This document shows, piece by piece, positions 36,379-47,395 of a DNA stretch of 64,000 bases; the first letter of the stretch is position 1, and each line of letters begins with the position of its first letter. A program made the position numbers and the translations under genes. The DNA comes from Octopus sinensis (taxonomy: Eukaryota). A model generated the notes under the pieces. That model was not told the origin of the DNA. It did no database searches and was given only the letters and a program-made list of their open reading frames with translations. The stretch covers positions 160,704,001 through 160,768,000 of the forward strand of contig NC_042998.1 in assembly GCF_006345805.1 (NCBI RefSeq), given 5' to 3'.

Positions 36379-37911
36379 CTAGCTTAAGGTGACCCGCTCT
36401 ACGCACGGGTAAGAGTGTGGTTGTTACTTTCTGTTGCTTCCTTTCTGTTTTTTATCACCACATTCTCCCTCTTTGTTTCTCTCTCCTTTCTCTCTCACTT
36501 TCCCATTCTCTTACTCTTCATTTCTCTCGGACTCTCCCTCGCTTTCTCTTACTCTCTATCTTACTCTATCTATCTATCTCCCATTTATAAACAACAAAAG
36601 ATCTTGAGTAAGTTGAGAAATAAAATATTTTGAAAGATCAATCATAAATATCAGGCAGTGACAACGGAAAGGTCTGCTTCAAGGCGGACAGCAAGACACT
36701 AACATTTAAAAGGGACAGACAAACTTGCAAGCTGAATAAAAATAAAAAAAATATTGGAAACCAAAGTTTGAAGGGATAGAATCTGAGGATAGTAGAGTAA
36801 CCATGGCTGGCATTTCTTAATGACCAACAGCAATGTAGTGGCAGTTTAATGGCTGGCGTAAAATTTTGAAGTTGCTGTAAAAGAAAATTCCTAAACACCA
36901 AGTTTTGAAGTGATTCTTTCTCACGACAGTAGACTCACCATGGCAAGCATTCAAAAATTCTTCATCATGGATGGCAACACATTGATGGTTTAAAGGCTGG
37001 CGCAAATTTTTTAGCTTGATGTAACAGAGAATTCCTAAACACCTGCTCCTGTAAATTTTAAATCCCTTCCAGCCCAATTTAAACCTCTTTTCACATTTTG
37101 GTTAATATAACCCAATTTCATTTCTGTTTACTCGGGCCACATTTTATAAGATGAGGAATTTTGTCCCAGAAGTCACGTCTTTCATTTGAGGAAAAAATAG
37201 TTGCCATGCAAACTCGCCAGCACTTTTAACATAGGTGTGCATATTTTCAGCTCAACCGACCACATAATGCACATATTATATATATATATATACATATATA
37301 TCAGACTGGAGCCTGGTGCAGCCTCCTGGCTTCCCAGACACTGGTCGAACCGTCCAACTTGTGCTAGCACAGAAAACAGACGTTAAACGATGATGATGAT
37401 GATGATATATACACTTTGTATATATACATTATATATACATATTTATATATAGAACACACACACATATATAAATTAACCCAATAAATATCTGATTCATAAT
37501 ATTTGTTCTCATGATTGTGTGGTGGTGGTGGCGATGATAATTCTCTCTATGAATGCAGACAGACAGAGAGAGAGAGAGTGAGTGACAGCGCTGGCGAAGG
37601 CGGCGGGGGAAAGATAGTAGACACTGTCAAGCGACGTTATAGAGAGAAAGTGATGGGAAGGGAGGAAACAGAGAGAGATGGAGGAAGACAGGCAGATAAG
37701 AGAATGGGAGGAGACTTGTCAAAGTGTGCGTTTTTTGCCCTAGTAACCACACCTTTTAAGATAGGGATTTCTAAGCTAGCCCACTGACATCCTCACCTCA
37801 TTTTACATGTCCCTATAAATTTTGGAGTCAATCCGACGGGATCTAGTGCCCTTTAACCCGTTCCAATGCCAAAACCAGACAAACAAACTTTTCGCATTTC
37901 AGATTTATAGA
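36379..37911 (-). mobile_element. Non-autonomous Helitron-like element (with internal insertion)
   Basis: 3' end A|CTAG at 36379-36382 with hairpin ACCCG..CGGGT. 5' end rc TCTATAAATCTGAAATGCG at about 37911. Internal ~140-bp tandem dimer at 36800-37045. The two ends may belong to separate copies. Confidence 0.55.
37301..37406 (+). mobile_element. RTE-type 3' tail fragment with (GAT)n
   Basis: CAGACTGGAGCCTGGTGCAGCCTCCTGGCTTCCCAGAC..GACGTTAAACGATGATGATG, the same tail as 61955-62237. Confidence 0.85.
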
Positions 37912-37999
37912 TATTGATTGATGATGATATACATGTACACACACACATACATATATGATATAAAACATATACAAACTAATTTATGCACACATGGACGGT

Positions 38000-38515
38000 G
38001 CTGAATCATATCAGCTGAATAAAAAGCAATCAGTGTTTTCTTTTCATTAAAAAATAATCAAGCATGCCTTTATTTCAATAAAAGTTTTGGCTTTGTTAAA
38101 CGAAGTTAAGGCAAAAAAAACTTCTTGAGAAACCAAATAGTCTTTCCTTCCTTCATGCCAAGTTTGAAGAAAATATCTCTTTTGCATCTTACTTTTTTGG
38201 TCTCTTAAATATACTGCATTTTGTGGCATTATTTCAAGCCAGCCGGCTTTTTTTGTGCAAACTGCAGTGCATTTTTCTTGTGCACGCATAGTATTGATTG
38301 CAACAGCTGGTGTACTTGCACGTACAAATGCACGTTCCTATGGCTTTATCGATCGCATTCTCACCTGGAATCGATTTTTGTAATTTTTTTCAAGACTTAT
38401 ACACACCCCGATACCGTTGGTATCTACATATAAAATTTGAGCGCAATCTGATGGAGGATGCCCGAGATCCTAGAAGACACACACACAGATAGACAATGGA
38501 TTTTATATAATATAT
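38000..38515 (-). mobile_element. Helitron-like non-autonomous 5' fragment
   Basis: CpG-rich non-coding segment ending GACACACACACAGATAGACAATGGATTTTATATAATATATA, the pattern seen at the 5' ends of the other Helitron-like copies here. Confidence 0.4.
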
Positions 38516-38639
38516 ATATATTTATAATGTCATGGCTGGTTGCTGACAGATTTTTCTGCTCTGTAAGGATTTTATCTTATATATGCTGTTCTTTCAGTAC
38601 TTATGCATTGAAAAATATATCTTTCTACTTGTACTACAA

Positions 38640-38890
38640 AATATGTGGTGGTTAGTTCCCATTACTCTGTAAGAAGCATTGAGCCACTTCAGTTTCTCTG
38701 ATGCGTATATTCCTCCCTGGATGGGATGTTGGTCAATTTCAGGATTACTCCTCTTTACCAGATGAGTGAACTGGAACAGTGTGAAATGAAGTGTTTTGCT
38801 CAAGAACACTACACATTGCTCAGTCCAGGAATCAAAACCACAAACTTTTGATCATGAGTCCAACATCCTAATCACTAAGCCATGCAACTT
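38640..38890 (-). mobile_element. SINE family D
   Basis: Reverse complement of the 14802 head: GCATGGCTTAGTGATTAGGATGTTGGACTCATGATC..GATTCCTGGACTGAG..CTTGAGCAAAACACTTCATTTCAC. Confidence 0.8.
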
Positions 38891-39349
38891 TACATATGTG
38901 TGTTCATATGATTATATCTGTATATTTGTTTAGATATTTGGTTCTCCAAAAATTGTTGAGCTACAAACAGCAATATTATTGGCATTTCTCCAATTGTCCA
39001 CTAGTTCTGCACCTTTGAAGACATGTGGAATAAGAGGTCCCTTATCTGAAACCAGGTTGATATTAGCAACAGGAAGGACATTCAGCTGTAAGACTATGCC
39101 CCAATGATACATTCATCTAACCCATGGTAGTATGGAAAAATGATGTAAAAATGAATGAATGAAAATAAGTGTATGAAACTAAATTGCTTCCACTACTTAA
39201 AGACTTGGCACTAAGCTCTAACAGCTTTTACCCATGTATCCCACTTCTTGAGTGAGGCCCTGTGCTATTCAGGAGACTTGTTTATGTATATCAGCAAATT
39301 ATCCCTTACGAACATTCAGCTGTTCTTTCTGTCATAATTCTTTTTTTAT

Positions 39350-39900
39350 TTTTCCTACCTAAATAGGTATCATCTGTTGGTGATTGAAGTTTTTCCCCAT
39401 CACTAGAATATTTTAGCTTTCATATTTTCCTTATCCTACATGCTATTCATTTCCTATTCCTGTTCATTAGTCTGAGCTTGTTTCCCACTAATATTTGTTT
39501 AGGAGATACATTCCCTACCAAATAAAGATTTAATATACACAACTAGTGGATATCTTATTTTTTGGTGAGAACAAAATCAACAGGGCCCTTATGCTCCCTT
39601 GAGTAATAGGCGACTAATTTAGTGACTATTTTTCTGAGGTTTACATTGTAAATAATAAGATTATTTTCAATACAGACTACTGTTCATTCCTTTCTATTTC
39701 TCATCCAATGATCAGAGCTATTATCTGCAAGATACCCATTTTGATATTTCTAAATATGACTGCAGAAATCACCAGCTACGATGATGTTATAGCTGTTAAC
39801 AACTCTTGAGATAGTTTGTTTGAAAGTCTTCTGAAATTATTTCTTTTGCTTTGTCAATTTTACTTGTGAAGCATAAGTAGAGATTATCATAGTTTTCATG
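39350..39900 (-). pseudogene. Old RTE LINE AP-endonuclease fossil
   Basis: IIVAGDFCSHI..CIENNLIIYNVNLRK..GPVDFVLTKK parallels the better-preserved APE at 45200-45600. Confidence 0.65.
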
Positions 39901-41254
39901 TTGTCTACAACTGGCTTAAGTATAATTATTGTGCCATTTATATTCAATTACACCATATGCTCACTTCACTTACACAGGTAGATCTATGCCACCTATACCT
40001 GTGTTATTAATCACCTAAAAGAACTTGTAATTATGTTAATTTATTCTGAGGAGTTTGTTGAAGTACCTCTTCATAGCACTATGTTCTGGCATCTCAATTA
40101 TCTCTCCAGAGATACTTCTAAGTTAAGCTCCATTATATATGAAAGATAGTGCTTTTATGCATTGAGATAAATTTCAATGAAATCATATGGCAAGAAACAA
40201 TCCCAAATAAGTTCAAATTTTTTTCCAATCTATTCCATTTTTCAAGTGGAATGTTGTGACAATTTCCAGGACACATTTTTGCTGTCTTGAACAATGTAAA
40301 AAATGAAGAATCCCTGTAAAAGCATATTGAGATTATTTATCCAAACATTCATACGGAACAGATGTGCTGTACACTGTTCATTAGTAAGGAACTTGCCATT
40401 TATGGATTATTGTTGCTTGAACCCAGATCAGCCAAGATGGAGCTTTCTGATGATGATTGACCTGTCTTTATAATTTCAGATATAATGTATGTAGCATTAC
40501 ATCATCTAATGTTTTTGTTTTGAGACAGTAGGATGCAGATTTGAGAGAGATTTGGCAGCTATTTAGAGCAGGTTAAGTATCTATATAGAGACTTTCTCAT
40601 TATTTTGTGGGTATATTTTCTTTTTCTTATTGCTGAATGAGACAATGTAGTTACATTTTATAACAAAACATTTTGAGTTGTTCATTCAGGTGACAGAAGA
40701 GAAGTGTAAGGTGATGTGGCTAGCTCACTGCAATATAAAAGTAATGCTTGAATGAGATAATTAAGTCCTGATCTACATCAAAATTGGCTGGGTAGAGATT
40801 GGCAATGAGCTCTAAATACTTTTTTGTAATGTACCAAACTGTCAAAGAACTTCTTTTCTCTGTGGTTAGTATTAAGTGGCTAAAGATGTTCAGCATGTAA
40901 TAAATGTAGAATTAGTGTTTAAGCAGTGGGCAGCAAATGTGTTTAGTGTGAGGAATCACTAAAGTTGAGGAGAATTCAGCCAAGTTTGAGAAAATCCTGG
41001 CAAGGGACCAGAACGATTGGTTGCCTTAGTAGAGAGGAAGGAAGGGAAAGCTTCCAGAAAATACCATCTGTTTTCTTGATATGACTTACTAGAGTTTTTA
41101 ATGCATACAAATGCATTCTACTTGGTGATAGAGTTTAATTTCTTTCAGGTGTTCTAAGTACTTTTTGCGTCTACAGTAGCAGCACAACTTCTAATTAATA
41201 ATTGCTTACTCAGGGATTTTAGAATAACATGATTTGGTAATATTTCACATTAGA

Positions 41255-41432
41255 AGCAGCGAGCAGGCAGAATCATTAGTAAGCTGGGCTAAATGCTTAG
41301 CAGCATGTTGTCTGTCTTTATGTTCTTAGTTCAAATTTCAGGATTGATAAAAGTATCAGTTGACTACTGGGGTTGATGTAACAGACTTACCCACTACCCT
41401 GAAATTGCTGGCCTTGTGCCAAAATTTGAAAT
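41255..41432 (+). mobile_element. SINE family A
   Basis: GCAGCGAGCAGGCAGAATCATTAG..AAATGCTTAGCAGC..ACTGGGGTTGATGTAAC..CTGAAATTGCTGGCCTTGTGCCAAAATTTGAAA. Confidence 0.82.
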
Positions 41433-42744
41433 CAGTGTTTCATGTAAGAGAAAGCCATATATTGGTGGATAGTTGTATCATCCATTTATTGTGATTGCTC
41501 ATTATCAGTTTGTATCCTTTAATGAATTAAAAATCTATTCACTTCAGCTTAACTTTTTTTGGTTTTAAATTAATAGTATATGTTTTAATATATAGGTCTA
41601 GGTTAGTTTTAATTGAGAACAGTGATAAAACCCATTCCAGCCATGATCATTCTGTCTTTTCCAAGGTTTGCAGGACTACATTATCAAGTGTATCCTTTTC
41701 TCATTTATGATTGTAAGGAATAATTTGAGGGGTATTTAGCTACTATTCATAACAGATGAAGTGTAAAAGTAAATGTCTGAATAGACCAGAAATATTTATC
41801 GTTTTTGTTTTAAGTAAAAATAGTGGGGAAATGAATCAGGCTGATATAAAATGCTGCTACCCATTAAGAAAATAAACAAAAAATATTAAAGTCTGTAGTC
41901 ACAATAGCAATATTTATTGAATGAAATAGCTCTATTTATTTTAAACTATACAAACTATCTTGTATACTTTCTCAAATTATGATCTGTTGCTTTGCCTACA
42001 AGCTTTTTTGCAACACCTTTCATTAACTAACCACTGATTTTAATGATTCGTAAAATTCTAAGTAAATCTCTGAAATAGCTTAAGGCTTAAGCTTTGTTAA
42101 TACAATCAATGACAGAAATTTAAACATGAGAGAGAAGAGAGAAAGAGAAAAGAAAGAGAGAGAGAGAGAGGGAGAGAGAGAGAGAAAAGAGAGAAATTTA
42201 ATGAATGAGGAAAGAGAGACAAAAGATGCAAAAGAAAAATAGCAAAAAATGAAAAGAAGAGAGAGGATTCAATTTATATATTAATGGACTTGTAAATTGA
42301 TGCTCAAGATTCAGCTTCGTGATGAATTGGTCCAATAAACAATATATTCAGATTGCTACATTTTATCAAGAAGGATCAAAGCAAAATTTTCAAATGCATC
42401 CAGTCGTGAATAAGAAGTAGAAAACACTGTTCTTCCAAATAACACCGTCACATATTTTCTGATGCTTGACTTAATCACACATTATATATAATGAGAGATA
42501 TTTTGCTCATCGATTTATATATTGTTTGTTCATTTTATTGTTTTTAAGTTTGTCTTTACCCAGCTGATACAGGTTGGATGAAGTTTATTAAAATAGTATT
42601 CTACAACTGGATGCCTTTCCTATCACCAACCCTTAACTCTTTTTCATGTTAGGAGCTACAGGATTAACCTTTTTCAGAAGATGTAAAGATAACATCACTG
42701 TTACCTAAACGGTTCATGTGATGTATGTGTAAATAACCATTCAT

Positions 42745-43170
42745 GTGGCTGTGTAGTAAGAAGTTTGCTTCCCAACCACATGGTTCTGGGTTCAGCCCCA
42801 TTGTGTGGCAACTTGAGCAAGTGTTTTGTGAGCGGATTTGGTAGATGGAAACTGAAAGAAGCCCATCGTATGTATACACACACACACACACATAAATCTA
42901 TTATCTATCTATCTATCTATCTATTTATCTATCTATCTATATATATATATATATATAATATGCACGTGTTTTTGTGTCAGTGTTTGTCTCCTACCATTGC
43001 TTGACAACTGGTGTTGGTGTGTTTATGTCCCTATAACTTAGCAGTTCAGCAACAGAGACTGATAGAATAACTACCAAGCTTAAAAAAATACTGGGCTCAG
43101 TTCCTTCTACTATAAAGTCTTTAAGGTGGTGCCCCAGCATGGCTACAGTCTAATGATAAATCAAGGATAA
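42745..43170 (+). mobile_element. SINE family B
   Basis: GTGGCTGTGTAGTAAGAAGTTTGCTTCCCAACCACATGG head, expanded CA/TCTA/TA centre, tail GGTGGTGCCCCAGCATGGCTACAGTC. Confidence 0.87.
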
Positions 43171-43705
43171 AAGTTATACACATATACAGGCATACTTACA
43201 CACATACACACACACCTTTTGCTTGGACCCTGAAACCATACAGCTACTAAGCAAATTTTGTTTCTTCACAGTTGTGCCTACACCTATTAAAATAGGATTA
43301 TTTCAAAGAATTTTTTTCCAATTATGTCGAGTATAGATTAGTTGAAGGAATTCATACTGCTATTCACAACAAGAATGTTTGTTCTGAGTGAAAGCCATAT
43401 AATATAGCATGTCTGTTGAAAATGGTTCTTTTTTTATTGCTTTTTTTCAGGAAGGAAGGGAGGTGTCTATGACTCTTTATAGCACTTCTAATACTAGTAA
43501 GAATAAAAAAAAGAAGCTAATCTTAAACCGAAGACCTGGTCCAAATACTTGAAATGGAGTGGACACTGTTAAGGGTACCCAAAGACCAGATGAGCGATGG
43601 ATTATGTCTTTTGCTCAAATAGGGTTAGGGTGGATTTGCATTCAGAATATAAGGAACCAAAACAAATTCCTCATGACATCATGTTAAATATTCTAACAAA
43701 TAGGT

Positions 43706-44073
43706 GCAGGAGTGGCTGTGTGGTAAGTAGCTTGCTTCCTAACCACATGGTCTGGGTTCAGTCCCACTGTGTGGCACCTTGGGCAAGTGTCTTCTACTAT
43801 AGCCTTGGGCCAACTAAAGCCTTGTGAGTGGATTTGGTAGATGGAAACTGAAAGAAGCCCGTCATATATATGTATATATATGTGTGTGTATATGTTTGTG
43901 TGTCTGTGTTTGTCCCCCACAACATCGCTTGACAATTGATGCCGGTGTGTTTATGTCCCCGTAACTTAGTGGTTCGGCAAAGGGACCAATAGAATAAGTA
44001 CTAGGCTTATAAAGAATAAGTCCTGGTGTTGATTTGCTCAACTAACGATGGTGCTCCAGCATGGCCACAGTCA
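43706..44073 (+). mobile_element. SINE family B, well preserved (last ~25 nt missing)
   Basis: GCAGGAGTGGCTGTGTGGTAAGTAGCTTGCTT..GGGTTCAGTCCCACTG..GGTGCTCCAGCATGGCCACAGTCA, fused to RTE sequence. Confidence 0.92.
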
Positions 44074-46065
44074 CCAACCTTTACCTCACTGACAGTATCC
44101 CTGTATATAGCTTGTACAGCTCTCACTAACTACTGATCTGTCCCTAGTTTCCACATTGACCACCAAATAAGGGATCTGGGTCCCTGTCAAAGGCTTTCTC
44201 CGTGTCAACAAAAACTGAGTACAGTGGTTTATCTTTGGTATATCCTGCAGCTGTCTTACCAGAAATATAGCATCAGTGGTGCTTTTCTCAGACATAAACC
44301 CAAACTGCATCTTGTCTAAACTGACTATCTCCTTAATTAGTTGGGCTATGAGCCTCTCCATGACTTTCATTACCTGTTCCAACAACTTGACACCTCTGTA
44401 ATTATCTTTATCTAATGCATCACCTTTACCTTTGTAGCAGTTGACTATGGTGATGCTACACTAGTCACTGGGTATGACTCCTTCATGTATCACCTGATTG
44501 ACTATGTGGGTGACTAGACTATAGCCAACACCGCCAGATATTTTAAGCATCTCTGCGGTGATTCCTGACGGGTGATGCTTTCCCTGTCTTCACACCCTTA
44601 ATTACTTTATCTACCAAGGTATTGTCAATTCAGATAGTTGATCCCGCTGTTGTGTTGACATTTGGCAGATTCTCTTTCTCCCCTTCATTCTCTTCACTTA
44701 GCCACCTTTCATAGCGGTGTCTCCAAGTCTCTCTCTTTGCAGCGTCATTAAATGCAAGTGAGCCATCATCCATGTGGACACATTTCTCTCCTATGACATC
44801 ATGATTCTCTCTCACACACTGTCTTGCAACACGAAACACGAAGTTTTTGGTCCTCATGATGTAGAATATTGGCAAATTTTTTCTTATCTGGCTAAGTAAA
44901 CCTGTCTCCTAGCTTCCCTTCTGGCAATCTGATACAATTCTTTGCTATTACCATTCTCCCAGTCCTTCCATGCCTGTTTCTTTTCCCTAATGGCCCTTGT
45001 TCCACCACCACATTACCTTGTTACTAAGTTACATTGTTCCACCACCACATTACCTTGGGTCGAGAGGGGACTTTGCACTGTCCACAGATCTGGTCAGTAA
45101 CCCTCACCAGGTTGTCCAGTCATCTTCCACATCATGTGATGCTATAACCTCCTCTATTTCACCAAAATCTTCAAGTAATATGTCTCTAAATCTGTCCATT
45201 TGCAGGATCCTTAAGCTTCTAGACCCTTCTCCTCCATGCTGGTCGTCTTCTGGACATCCATTTAACCCTAATCATGAAGTCACTAACTACTAATCTATGT
45301 TGTGGGGTGGATTCTTCACCTGGGAAGGTTTTGGCATTTATAAGCAGCCATTTTTCCCGTTTCCTGGTGAGAATGTAGTCAATTTGACTAGTGAGTCCAC
45401 CAGATCGGTAGGTGAATAGGTGGCTGGCAGGTTTCCTGAAGTTAGTATTATAAACCATAAGATCACTTGCATCACAGAACTCCAGCAGCCTGATTCCCCC
45501 CTCATTGCGGGAACCAAAACCATAGCCTCCAATTATGCCATGGAAGCCCTCTGCATGTTTGTCCAACATACCCATTGAAGCTGCCAGCTACAAAGAGAAG
45601 GTCCCTGTCATTCGTCGATGAGGTGGTCTGCAAGAGGGTGTCATAAAATTGGTTTTTCTGTTCATCAGGTAGCCACGGCTGAGGGGCATAGGCGAGATAA
45701 TGGTTGTTAACCCATGTTGCAGTACTAATCTAATCTTATGTATTCTATCTCAGATTTTTTCTGCAAGAAGTTTACCCATCAGAAAATCTTATACCTATGT
45801 TCTTTGCCTGTGAGGAACCTAGCAGAACTTCCTCTCCACCTTACTTTTTGAATGCAGCACAAATCTACACATCTCCATTCAAGCATCTCAGCAATTTCAC
45901 CAGACCTACCTTTCAGTGTGCTGACATTGAGAGTGCCAGCCCTGAGGGTGTGGGAGGTGTGGGTCCATGATACCTTGGGATAGAGAACAGCAGCATCATG
46001 TACCTGAAAAGAAAACTTGCATTTGTCAGAACTCATAAACATACAATAGCCTTCAACCTGCATAC
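44074..46065 (-). mobile_element. RTE-clade LINE (APE + N-terminal RT), degraded and 3'-truncated
   Basis: LRAGTLNVSTLKGRSGEI, DLCCIQKVRWRG, GSRNEGGIRLLEFC, SQIDYIL, QHRLVVSDF, LLEQVMKVMER, QFGFMSEKSTTDAIFLVRQLQ. Confidence 0.93.
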
Positions 46066-46109
46066 ACTACACCATCAATTTTTATGCGCTACATAATCAC
46101 TACATTACA

Positions 46110-46464
46110 TCTCTCTATATATAAACGGCAGTTTGTCTGTGCGTGTTTCTGTGTGTCTGTTTGCTTGTACCCTCACCCTGACCACGGCTTTCAACCGATT
46201 CTGATGAAACTTGACACACACATAGCCCAATGTCATAATTCAAAACTAACGCAGCGAAAATTTTGAAAAGTTCCCCCAGTTCTGAAAAAAATCGATAAAT
46301 TCGACATGGGGTCGAGAATCCGAAACACAAACCGCAAACTGTCTAAAAAAAAATTTACCATCATTTTTTTCCATCTTTTGGCTATTTTTTGGGCTATAAC
46401 TCTCTAAAAATGCTTTATAGTTATTTCCCTTACAAACCTGAGCAACGCCGGGCGATACTGCTAG
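46110..46464 (+). mobile_element. Non-autonomous Helitron
   Basis: A|TCTCTCTATATATAAACGGCAG ... CCTGAGCAACGCCGGGCGATACTGCTAG|T. No TSD, CpG-rich. Confidence 0.87.
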
Positions 46465-46759
46465 TAGGATATAAACCCTAAGTAGGGATGGAGAAACATT
46501 AAGCCTTTGGAGGTGTTCATGAGAGAGACATCCAATAGAGGTCAGAGGGTAGAGACTTCCTGATTAGGTGATGGGGCTGGGAAGGGTGGCTGCACTGTGA
46601 AACAGCAAAAACTCAGACTGCAGGTGTGACAGGATATTGATGATAATAATGAGATAGAATTGGGCATTTGAATTCTGAACTAGAGCTATAGCCAAGAGTT
46701 TTCAGTCAGCCAAACTGTGACAAAATTAGATAAATGAATGGATAAATGATAATGATGAT

Positions 46760-46778
46760 GATAATAATAATAATAATA

Positions 46779-46827
<49 letters not shown>
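46760..46827. repeat. (TAA)n microsatellite
   Basis: Directly visible. Confidence 0.97.
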
Positions 46828-46834
46828 CATAATG

Positions 46835-47096
46835 ATTCTGTTTTGTCTGGGGAGAGTCATTTTCTTTTTGTGCCTTATAATGTAACACACTCACTGGTAA
46901 AGTTTCCACTTATTTCTTATTTTATTTTCCTAAAATTTTCATTAAATAACGGACAGAGTCAAGACTATTGAAAAGGTTGCAAGACACAATGAAAATTTTT
47001 GGAAAATAAAATAAGAAATAAGTGGAAATTTTACTGGTGAGTGTGTTACATTATAAGGCACAAAAAGAAAATGACTTTCCCCAGACACAACAGAAT
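46835..47096. repeat. Long inverted repeat (109-bp arms, 44-nt spacer)
   Basis: Arms 46835-46943 and 46988-47096 align ungapped with 6 mismatches (hand count). Confidence 0.95.
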
Positions 47097-47151
47097 ATGC
47101 TTCAACACACGAACTCATATAAAGAATCTTGCAAACCAAATCCCAAAACGA

Positions 47152-47185
<34 letters not shown>

Positions 47186-47261
47186 GTAATAAATGAGCAT
47201 GAAAGAGAGGGAGAGAGAGGGGGAGCTGGATTGAACAAAGGGTTCTTAAGTTTTTTCTACG

Positions 47262-47395
47262 ACAGCATTCTTTCAGTTTCCATTAACAAAATCTACTCAC
47301 AAGGATTTGGTTGGCCCAAGGCTATAGTATAAGACACTTGCTCAAGGTACCACACAGTAGGACTTAACCTGGAACTGTGTGGTTGGGAAACAAAA
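47262..47395 (-). mobile_element. SINE family B, 5' half
   Basis: TTCTTTCAGTTTCCA..CTACTCACAAGGATTTGGTTGGCCC..GCTATAGTATAAGACACTTGCTCAAGGTACCAC. Confidence 0.82.

Noticed and set aside
43706-43780. tRNA-like sequences with box A/B (also 14802, 20420, 33203)
   Set aside because: They continue directly into SINE bodies and lack a complete cloverleaf, so they are SINE heads, not tRNA genes.
44997-45293. 98-aa Ser-rich plus-strand ORF
   Set aside because: Antisense to the RTE ORF.
45645-45672. CTGATGA..GAAA on the minus strand resembling a hammerhead core
   Set aside because: It lies inside RTE coding sequence (PDEQK) and has no stem II or stem I pairing. Other CTGATGA hits (e.g. ~3113, ~7750, ~46202, ~51433) also lack stems.
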